Notes under the pieces: model-generated | Databases searched by the model: none | Seen by the model: the letters and a program-made list of their open reading frames with translations, nothing else | What the model was told of the DNA's origin: nothing | Made by a program: the position numbers and the translations under genes | Assembly: GCA_903813345.2 (NCBI GenBank) | Contig: CAIIXF020000001.1 | Location: 14,632,001 to 14,696,000 of the forward strand | DNA: 64,000 nt | Direction: 5' to 3' | From: Owenia fusiformis | Taxonomy: Eukaryota | Shown here: one piece after another, positions 25,401-37,400 of the stretch | Numbering within the stretch: position 1 is the first letter of the stretch | How the letters are laid out: each line of letters starts with the position of its first letter

Positions 25401-28400
25401 ATTGATTACAGATCACTGATTAGAACAAATGAAGATTAAAGATCTAGAAACCCCATGCATGTTAAGATTTACTCTTTTTTACAATATTGTCTTGTTCTAA
25501 GTATTCTGAGATAAATCTGAACTTTCTCCATAAATTCTAATCATAATACATTGGTTTGTTTTATCTACATTTTTCGAAGTCCTCAAAATCCTTTGATTGT
25601 ACAATTGAAAATTAATTGAGAAAATAATCTGAAAATTACACATAGATTTTATACTAAATGAATTGTAGAATGTACAGATTCATGGTCTAAAATGTATGTA
25701 TGTCGTTCTATAATTTACCAATTGCAAAAGTTCACCATAAAAAATGAACTCACTGATATTAATGTGTGGGTATATTCATGCGGATTATAGGTCCTGGATT
25801 AGCATTCTCTGCCTACCCACAGGCAATCACAAAGCTCCCCATATCCCCCCTCTGGGCCGTCATGTTCTTCTTCATGTTATTAACCCTGGGGCTGGATACA
25901 CAGGCAAGTATTCCATACCGCATGTTCCCCAGTCTACTCATAGAGGCATGTCATGGGTTAATAGTTTAGTACCCAGCCAGTCTAACACTTGATTGTGGAA
26001 TAATATTTAACCAATAAGCTCATGTGTCAGATCATTGAGATTGAAAATTGTGGTCAAGGTTAGACTTTTTAGAATTTGATTTGTAAATTGTAGTACTTTG
26101 CAAAATAGACCATGGTTGTTATACTGTATTATATCATTCATGATTTGAAAATGCAGAACATATATGGCTGGTTTGAAAGCAGCCTTATTATAATGGTCTA
26201 TTTCAGAAAGGAGAAAAGCTGCTTGATTAAAAGATTTAATCTTGCATTTTGCATTTGTTTGTTTAATAGCTTTATTATCCCAACGAACGAAGTTCGGTAG
26301 GGATATAGTGAAGCGTCCGTCCGTCCGGAAGATAACTCAAATACTAGTTGACGGATTTTCTTCATATTTAGTGGAATGATGTATATTGGTGAATAGTTTT
26401 ACGCAAAAAATTTTTTTTCCAAGATGGCCGCCACTTTAAAAATGACGGGACTTTTTCGCAAAAATCATAAATTTTTCATTCTAAACTAAAGTAATTAATA
26501 TTATTGTTTGAAATTTTGGTAGTATATTCGCAACATCTATCTATTTCACATATATTCCGTGTTTGTCATCCTGACCCCCAGGGGCCGTGTATGGGGGGTC
26601 AGGAAAACAGAAATTTTTGCTAATTTTTAGATCTTTCTGAAGTATAGCTTTATTATACTCAAATGAAAGGCAATTAAGAGTAGATTGCAAATATTATATC
26701 TTTTTTCTGATTCGAGCCTCGTAAAATTCAAAATGGCCTTCTAATGTACGATTTCGCAATAATTTTTCGATCCCTTCAAAGTATGGTTAATATATTATAC
26801 TCAAATTGAAGGAATTTTGGAGTAGATCAAAATTATGGTATTATTTTTCAGATTTGTACCTCAGAAAATTCAAAATGGCTGCTTTGCAGGAATTCGCAAT
26901 TCTAAAATCTAAATTTTTCAATTTTAAACAAAGTAATGAGTATAATTGATTGGAATTCGATAATTGATATTTTGTTCGTTGGGATTTGCTACTCCGTGGA
27001 GTTGCCATTATCTAGTTAGTTTATATCTGTCGCTGTGTTTGCTACATGTGGTGTAGTTTATTTTCGTTTTGAACAACCAGGAAAAAAAAGCTCACACTGT
27101 AGTTGTATCACTGTAATTTATTTTTGGTTTTTATTTTTGCTTAATAAATGGTCAATGCCTATAACATTTATTTATTGAAGATCAGAAAAATACTAAAAGA
27201 GATTTTATCAGGGTGGTCTGTTAGTTTTGTTTTCCAAAACATTCAATCTGTTCTCACTTCCCCTGTGCAGCTTTCTATTGCGGAGCAGATTTCAGGTTTT
27301 CTTCCCAGATTTATGCAGAAACCTGTCCAAATTGACTTAGTTTGTGTATTGGACTGAAAAAAGTAATTTTCTTCCAGGCCCTGCCCTTGCATTTGGTGCA
27401 TACCCATATGTTCTGACAAAACTACCAATTGCCCCATTTTGGTCAATTCTTTTTTTTCTGACCATCTTATCAGTTGGTGCTGATACCCAGGTAGGAATGC
27501 ACAGATCTGGTATAACAATACATACACTTCAAAGAAACACTAACAATTGGCAATCAGGAAGTGATGTCATCGACTCTCAACTTTGCATATAACATTAGGC
27601 AAGGAGCTATTAGGATTACTAAACCAGCTGAATATTTTTTTCAATTTGGTCTATGATTAAAATCCTTTTGATGGTCTCTTCTTTAGTTCTAAGTTGACGA
27701 CTCCTGAAAATATTTTTACACAGAAGATAAGAGCTTCTTGTTTAGAAGTGATTTTGTACTTCTTTCCTATACTGTAATAGACAAGGTTATAACAGGTGAG
27801 AGTCGATGACATCACTTCCTGAAAGAAATCTGAAAAGATGGCAGCTTACTGGGAATTAGTACTACATTTTTAAATGTTCAATATTGACCATATGAAATCG
27901 TTTTCCCGCGTTTTGCTAAATATGTAAAGTATATATATGATTGTAGCTACCATATCAGGAGAGAGATAGTCTGGCAAGGAATGTTCCTTTAAGTTGAGCA
28001 AATGAGGGTCAACAAAGATTGAATAAAGCTATTTGTCACAGGGTTTTAATACACCATTAGAAAAGGGAAGGTGTTAGGAAGGATATTATTACAAAAGTCA
28101 GCTTCACCTTTCAAATGGTATATAAGAACCTAGGACAAATTGAGTAATTTTTTTCTCATGGACTTAAGTTTTTATGTCAGTGGTTGGCGGTTGGTGGTTG
28201 ACGATCGGCGTCTTTGACAAATTCTTGCAACTTCCAATAACTTAACAATTACTGTTTAGACTGACTTCAATTTTTTTTCAAAATCATCTACCGTATTTGC
28301 CGTGATTGGTGCCCGGGCGCTTAAAGTAAGTCAAAACAGTTCAAAAAGTTCTCCTTATTAGCGCCCATATGAGTCCCGATGAGAAAAATGCCGGAGTTTC

Positions 28401-31400
28401 AGTTTCAGTTTAGAAAAAAATTGGAAAAAAAATTTGTTTCATGAAATTCGCCATGTTTGCATGAATCGTAGGGTTCTTGCCTATCCTACTCTTTTCGGAA
28501 CACTAGTGGAATATAAAACATGTACTTACATCAGTATTTTACTCGATAATTCGATAGGAAAACGATATAAACCCACGGAATCGAATACTTCCGTTTCAAT
28601 TTCTTCTCAGCCTCGTTTTGAAATTTTCAACACAAACTGAACGAGGTGGCAAGATTACAGGGAAAATCACCGGTAAACATCAAAATATTGGATATATACT
28701 TGAGTTACCAACATTATATACATTTTATGGTGAAAAGAATGTCATATTCAAGCTGGAATACCTTTTGGAAAAGGTATATGTTTTTAGAAGTTCAAATCTG
28801 ACTTATATTTAAGATTTGACCTTCAATGACCTTTTCAAGATCAAAAAAAGTCAAAAAGTTTTTTTTTAACTTGCTTCAAATTGACATTTTTTTCAAAATC
28901 ATCTGCAAGTTATCAGTAGTTCAAATCTGACTTTTAATTTGAGATTTGACCTTCAATGACCTTATCAAGGTCAAAAAAGGGCTTTGTATAAAAACCTCAT
29001 ACCTTATACCCACCTACCCACGTATGTGGGACATGATACAGTCTTTGAAGGGTTCAATTTTGAAGATCTTAGTTTATTAAAGATGCATTTGTAACGACCC
29101 TTGATAGCAAGTTGCTACTACATCCCAGCTGGGTTCGATTCCCACTCGGGGCATCAAATTTAGCACATTTTTTTCAGTTTCTTTATCTTGCTTGTTGGAC
29201 CTATGCTTGAGTCGTTAGTTATTTATTCCCCTGGGACACCCTCGGGTCATTACACATTTAAATGCATCCATATTCCTTTATTTATGGATCTGTCTAGTCA
29301 TAAAATAAAGCCTGAATTGTAGAAATGTTGATAATTTGAGCTATTTTGAGATTTAATAGTCTTTAAAATTGAACCCTTCAATGACTGTATCATGTTCCAT
29401 GTAGGTGGGTATGAGGTAGGAGCCCGAAAAGGTCAAAAAGGTCTTTTTTCAACTTGCTTCAAATTGACCAATTTTTTTTTCAAAATCATCTACAAGTTCT
29501 CAACAGTTCAAATCTAACTATAGATTTGACCTTCAATGACATTCTCAAGGTCAAAAAGGTATTTTTTCATCTTGCTTCATTTTGACCAACTTTTTTTTTC
29601 AAAATTATCTACAAGTTCTTAGAAGTTCAAATCTGACTTCTGAGATTTCACCTTCAATGACCTTCTCAGTTTCAAAAAAGATTTGACCTTCAATGACCTT
29701 CTCAAGGTTAAAAAAGGTCAAAAAGGTCTTTTTTCAACTTGCTTCAAATTGACCAATTTTTTTTCAAAAATCATCTACAAGTTCTCAGAAATTCAAATCT
29801 GACTTAAGATTGAACTATTGTGAGCATCTAGGTGGTGACATTTTGTTATGTTAATGCCTTGTTTAGGTCTTTGGGAGATCAACTATTTATTCATTTCCAG
29901 GCAGCAAGTTTACAGGAGTTTTCATTTCTCATATGACCAAATCGGATTCAGCCATCTTTACTTATGCATGTACCTAACTTTCAATCTATGAAGTCACATT
30001 GCAATATATTGTGACTCTTGGTAGTGTCCCTTGAAGCTGAATGCAACTTGAAACACTTTTGAGTCAATTTATAGTGCAGTCACTTACATGACCTTTATGT
30101 CTCACACTCTTTCAGTACATTTTGAACTCACATGATTATTATATCCAGTATTATCCCATTCAAGGAGTTTTGTTATGCATATCCATGTATATTCAAATAT
30201 ATTAATTGCAGGACCTGGTTTAGCATTTGCAGCATACCCGTTGGCACTTACTACATTACCCATCTCACCTTTTTGGTCAATAATGTTCTTTGTAATGCTC
30301 TTGACTCTTGGTCTTGATACCCAAGTGAGTATTTGAACCTTGTTTGGTAAGTGAGGGCATAAGTGAGTTCATTTAGCTAAGTCCACAACCTATACATGAT
30401 TTTGTGTTTGCACTGTTGGATTCACTGTTCCGTTCTCAGGCCCGTAGCCAGGGCGGGTTTGGGGGGTTTGAGCAAACTCCCCTCCAGGCCAAAAAATTCT
30501 TTCAAAATCAAGCAGTTTTTTCCCCATTCTGAGCACTTTTCAAGTGATTTTGGCCATTTTTAGGACAAAGTTGTCAAAAATGTTCCCCCCTTTGCAAAAG
30601 CTGGTTATTGGGCTGATTCTTCAGCTAAATCTGTATGATAAATTAATAATTTTGATTAATTTATGATTTAATTTAATGACGAGTCCATATGATAATTACA
30701 GGACTTACGAACAATGGTGCCACTCATTATATCCCCAATGAATTTTTACTGTAATTCCATTTTTAGTATATTGTTAGAAAAACTATTGTCTTATGCTAAA
30801 ACCTGTGTCTTTGCAATATATTCGTTTGTTAGGATAAAAAGATACAAGGAATTCCTGTAGGATTGATTGATAGGATTTAGAATATCATTTTGAAAAACAT
30901 TGAAGCATGATTTTTAAAACGAAATACTGCATTCTTTATTGAAGGACCCCAGGGCTCAATGAATTGTGGATGTCATTTTTGACTTCTGTATTATTCCAGA
31001 AGTCAGCTTTCAAAGTCTCACCTTTCAAATGGTATATGTGTTTTCTATAATTTGTACATATTAAAAATGAATAATGTTGAACAACTCCTTTTCCCATCAC
31101 GATGACCACGCCCCTTTGTCTCGCAAATGACAGATGGACTTCTTGATCATATTAGAAATATATTAATTGCAGAACCTGGTTTAGCGTTTGCAGCTTACCC
31201 ATTGGCACTTACTACATTACCCATCTCATCTCTCTGGTCAATTATGTTCTTTCTAATGCTTTTGACCCTTGGTCTTGATTCCCAAGTGAGTATTTGAACC
31301 TTGTTTGGTAAGTGAGGGCATTATGTAGTTCATTTTTGGGGTCTGTAGGAGAACTCCAACTAGACAGAGCATTCAGTCTCAAATGTTTTGGAACAGACAA

Positions 31401-34400
31401 AATCTAGTCTCAGAATCCATAAGAGTGTCACTGGATAAAACACTATTTTTCAATAATAGTCATAAGAAGGAAATAAAGATATGTACTACTTGATCATATT
31501 GAAAATATATTAATTGCAGGACCTGGTTTAGCGTTTGCAGCTTACCCATTGGCAATTACTACATTACCCATCTCACCTCTCTGGTCAATTATGTTCTTTC
31601 TAATGCTTTTGACTCTTGGTCTTGATTCCCAAGTGAGTATGTGTACCTTGTTTAGTAAGTAAGTCTACCACCACATGATTTTATGTTTGCACACTTCGAT
31701 TCACTGTTCTGGAGCTAAATCTGTATGATTTACTGTGAGTCCATTTGAAACTTTCAAGCTGTCTTAATGGTGACACTTCAGCCACACTGCATCGAGGCTT
31801 GGGCTTGAATTATTTTAACACATTGCAAAATATTTTCTATAAAATCACCTAAAAGATACAAAATCACTAAAAGATATTTTCAATGAAACTTTTTGCGAGG
31901 GTCAAGTATTGGAAAACTCATTTATTACATTTATTCCAATTTTAGAATATTGTTGGAAAAATTGTCTTATGCTGAAACCTGTGTCAGCAATATTCATTTG
32001 TTTGGATAAAAATACCAGGAATTCCTGTTGGATTAGTAATCATTTTAATCCACACCATTATGGAAACTTTGAAGCAAGATTTTTAAAATGAAACACTGCA
32101 CTCTTGTTTAAAGGACCCCAGGGCTCAATGAATAGTGGATGATTTTAAAATGAAAATCCAATATATAGACCTTCAATAAAGATTAAAGACACGAATTGAA
32201 GACTATATAAAATACATTGAATCACACACAATTCAATTAGTCAATAAATTTTAATTCTTTTCACACATATAGCAAAAGATTTTGGACAATTAAACATAAA
32301 AAAATGAAATTCAACCAGAAAAGCCATACTGTTTTCTGATTGGCAGAGAATGGAATGTGATTTGTCACTTAATTTAATTCAATTTATTCAAATATTTAAT
32401 TCAATCATTATGTTTACAGAATTTATTGATATAACAGGTGGCACCACATGTGATGCATATACCCGTACATATAGTTGTGAAATCATGTAGTATATCAAAT
32501 CTAAGTTGTCAAGGAATTGAACCAGAATGAAATCACAAAAATTAGGTTGAAAAGATGATATTTAGTGATTCCCAATGCCTTTTTCACTGGCAATACTGTC
32601 CATAATTTGGATTTAATTACCTCACCCAGGGCCTAGGGGTGTAGAGAGGCCATTCATTATTTTCTCCTTGGTCTGTCTGGGCGATAACTCAAATAGAAGT
32701 TGACAGATTTGGTTCAAAGGACGATTCTCGGTTTGGAACTGGGCTAATAATTTTTTTCATTAAAAATATAGAAATATTACCCAAATTAAACTATGAATAT
32801 TCAAAAGAGGACATTTAAATCTACAAGATGTAAAAATAACAAATTGGTCTGAAGCAGGGATAACCCTCAATTAGACCGATTCAATAAAATACAAGTCTCG
32901 ATTTGGGGAAAGAAGTTCATCAGTGTACTGCGCTAATATTTTTTTGCGAAAAATCGAGAAATATTACCCAAATTAAATTATGACTATTCAAAAGAAGACA
33001 TTCAAATCTATATTATGTAAAAAAAATCAAATTTGTCCGAAGCAGGGATAATGCTCATTTAGATTGATGAACTTCGTTCTCCAAACCGAGAATCGTCCTT
33101 TACAGGCCGATACCTAATGGGTTGTCAGATTTGGTTTAAATCATATACTTTACCGTATGTTATTATGCTAGTGTACTGTATGTAATTTTTATGCTAATAT
33201 ACGTGATTTTATGCGTTTGTATGTGATTTTTATGTCACCACCAAAAGTGGTGACATATTGTTATGGTCTCCGTTTTTTTGTGACGGCGTCCGGCGGTTGG
33301 TGGTTGGCGTCCGGCGTCCGGCGGTTGGCGGTGGGCGTCCGGCGTCTGTAACAATTTCTTACAACTTCCTATAACTTAACAAATACTGTTTAGACTGACT
33401 TCAATTTTTTTCTAAATCATCTACATGTTCTCAGAAGTTCAAATCTGACTTTAGATTTGACATTTGACCTTCAATGACCTTCTCAAGGTCAAAAAGGTCT
33501 TTTTTCAACTTGCTTCACATTGACTAATTTTTTTTTCAAAATCATCTACATGTTCTCAGAAATTCAAATCTGACTTTAGATTTGACATTTGACCTTCAAA
33601 TCTGACTTTAGGTTTGACATTTGACCTTCAATGACCTTCTCAAGGTCAAAAAAGGTCAAAAAGGTCTGTTTTCAACTTGCTTCAAATTGACTAAATTTTT
33701 TTTTCAAAATCATCTACGTGTTCTCAGAAGTTCAAATCTGACTTTAGATTTGACATTTGACCTTCAATGACCTTCTCAAGGTCAAAAAAGGTCAAAAAGG
33801 TCTGTTTTCAACTTGCTTCAAATTGACTAAAAAAAATTTTCAAAATCATCTACGTGTTCTCAGAAATTCAAATCTGACTTTAGATTTGACTTAAGATTTG
33901 ACATTTGACCTTCAATGACCTTCTCAAAGTCAAAAAAGGTCAAAAAGGTCTTTTTTCAACTTGCTTCAAATTGACTAAATTTTTTTTTCAAAATCATCTA
34001 CATGTTCTCAGAAATTCAAATCTGACTTTAGATTTGACATTTGACCTCCAATGACCTTCTCAATGTCAAAAAAGGTCAAAAAGGTATTTTTTCATCTTGC
34101 TCAAATTGACTAAATTTTTTTTCAAAATCATCTATATGTTCTCAGAAATTCAAATATGACTTTAGATTTGACATTTGACCTTCAATGGCCTTCTCAAGGT
34201 CAAAAAAGGTCAAAAAGGTCTGTTTTCAACTTGCTTCAAATTGACTAAAAAATATTTTCAAAATCATCTACGTGTTCTCAGAAATTCAAATCTGACTTTA
34301 GATTTGACTTAAGATTTGACATTTGACCTTCAATGACCTTCTCAAAGTAAAAAAGGTCAAAAAGGTCTTTTTTCAACTTGCTTCAAATTGACTCATTTTT

Positions 34401-37400
34401 TTTTCAAAATCATCTACATGTTCTCAGTAATTCAAATCTGACTTTAGATTTGACATTTGACCTTTAATGACCTTCTCAAGGTCAAAAAAGGTCAAAAAGG
34501 TCTATTTTCAACTTGCTTCAAATTGACTAAAAAAAAATTTCAAAATCATCTACGTGTTCTCAGAAATTCAGATCTGACTTTAGATTTGACTTAAGATTTG
34601 ACATTTGACCTTCAATGACCTTCTCAAAGTCAAAAAAGGTCAAAAAGGTCTCTTTTCAATTTGCTTCAAATTGACTAAATTTTTTTTTCAAAATCATCTA
34701 CATGTTCTCAGAAATTCAAATCTGACTTTAGATTTGACATTTGACCTTCAATGACCTTCTCAATGTCAAAAAAGGTCAAAAAGGTATTTTTTCATCTTGC
34801 TTCAAATTGACTAAATTTTTTTTCAAAATCATCTACATGTTCTCAGAAATTCAAATATGACTTTAGATTTGACATTTGACCTTCAATGACCTTTTCAAGG
34901 TCAAAAAAGGTCAAAAAGGTCTTTTTTCAACTTGCTTCAAATTGACTAATTTTTTTTTTCAAAATCATCTACATGTTCTCAGAAATTCAAATCTGACTTC
35001 AGATTTGACATTTGACCTTTAATGACCTTCTCAAGGTCAAAAAAGGTCAAAAAGGTCTGTTTTCAACTTGCTTCAAATTGACCAAATTTTTTTTTCAAAA
35101 TCATCTACATCTTTTCAGAAGTTCAAATTTGACTTTACAAGTTCTCAGAAACTCAAATCTGACTTAAGTTTGAACTCATAATATTGTGAGCAACTAGGTG
35201 GTGACATTTTGTCATGTTAATGCCTTGTTATTAATTGCTTTAATCACATTGCATATTATTTTAATACACATACTCTCAATGGTCTAAGGATTACAAAATA
35301 TATAAAGGTCGACTCAACTTTTAAATTGAGCTCATATGCCAGGTTTTTCTGGTATTGAGATCATGGCTTGATAAGAAGAAGTATAGGTTCTGGTTGTATG
35401 AATGAATGCTATCTAGAACATCACTTATCACTTATGCAATCACTTGTAAGACCATGGTCTTGTAAATAGGTATATCAGGTGATACACTTCACCTTTTCAT
35501 GTTATTATGTCACCACCAGAACTGTTATAGTCTCCAACCTTTTTGTGGCTGGTGTTTGATGTTCAGCATCTGTAACAAATGGAAGGTGGTGACATTTTGC
35601 ATGTTAATGCCCTGTATATAATACTACAGGGTGTGCCAAAAAACGGCACTTTTTTTCAAGACACTATAACTTTTTTATTTTCAAACCAACATACCCATGG
35701 TGACATATTTTATTCATATAAAAGTGTATAATTCATGATTCATGGCTAGATAACAACCTCAAGTTTCATTTGCTATGCAAATTATAATTTTTTATTAAAA
35801 ATTAAAAAAGTTATAGCATTTTGAAAAAAAAGTGGCGTTTTCTTTTTTTGGCTCACCCTGTATATATGTTTGCTTTTTGCCTTGCATGCATCATATTACA
35901 CGCACTAATCTCTGCAAAGCACATCTACTTTGTATTACTAATAAGTTGTTTTAATTTATTGGTTACTGTACATATATAAAGTGATTGTTTATTTGTCAAC
36001 AATTTGAATTTCAAATCAACATTTTCCAATTTCATACTTGCACAGGGTGTGTATCAAATTAAGCGTGACAGTTGAACATGCGTGGTAGGGTACAACACGA
36101 GGGTGATGAAATTTGAGCAAACTGATGTTTTTATCTTTTCAGAATGATCTGGTCTAGTTTTTAGATATTTTTTATATGTAAATGTCTGTAACAACATCCT
36201 AGACCGTGAACTTGACAGTGAATTTCATAGTTCAAACTCCCAATGTACGAGGTATAACGCGTGGTAATGGTAAGGTACAACACAAACAATTTGAATTTGT
36301 GTTCTACAGTATATCAGGTAAATTTACCTGAGCGTTATACCGTATACTATATTGGGAGTTTGCATAGGTTTAATTATGAAATTCACTGTCAACTTCACTA
36401 GCACTGTCAAGGATGTTGTTACAGACATTTACATATAAAAATATCTGGATACGATGAAACATCAGTTTGCTCAAATTGCATCACCCTCATGTTGTACCTT
36501 ACCTGTTTGTTCAACTCTTATGCTTGGTACACACCCTGTGTACTTGGGTTTATATAATTCACCACCCTACCTTCCATACTTGGATTTTCATTTAGTTTAA
36601 ACATTACCAACTATTCTTAATAGTTGTATAATAATTATTATTAATAGATTATGAAGAGAATAATTTCTGTAAAATGATTCTGTTTCAGGACTCAACATTT
36701 TTGCAATTCAATTATATTTTAACTTTTACATTAGAAATTAAATTTCTATTAATTTTAAAACTATTGTTAGCAGGGGATATTCGTTAGCAGGGGATATTCT
36801 CAATATACTGGGAATCTGACGAGCCTGTTTCTAGGTAAGGAAACTCTGTAAAACTATCACAGGATACTGAGTAAAATCACCCCTACCTCTCTCTGGATCG
36901 AAAATGGAGGTCTGCGTTCAGTATTTCCAGTTGTACCAGACGAAAATACTGGACGAGTTTCTATCCCCTGCTAACAATAGTTTTAAAGAAGAAGAAGATC
37001 GTAAATGAAGATTTTGTTTTTTCTATGATTCATAAGGCGCTTTTACAAAAAAAGGTAAGTGGGACCATCAACAAATACTTAAGACTCCATGTACTGTATG
37101 TATATATGTTCATAGACTAAACACTCATATATACTCATCTATTTTCAGTTTGGTATGTTTGAGACTCTTACAAGTGCTTTTGTGGATGAGTTCCCTGGAC
37201 TGCTAAAGGGCAAGAAGTTACGATTCACAATATTCATTTGTGTCATACAATTTTTAGCAGGATTGATATTCATAACACGGGTGAGTTACTTTGACAACCT
37301 AAAATAATAGCCATGCAGTTCAATGTGTACAGAATTAAAGCAAAATATAAAAATCCAGTATTCAACACAAAGCCAGGCTCATGTATTCATTTGAGACTAG

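Noticed and set aside
29901-30030. Possible sixth cassette exon (tttccag|gc... and gtgactcttggt)
   Set aside because: No similarity to GPGLAF, an in-frame stop, and no donor at +113.
25791-31632. Repeated exons as fragments of separate SLC6 paralogues
   Set aside because: Only this exon is repeated; all flanking exons are single-copy and phase-compatible with any one variant.
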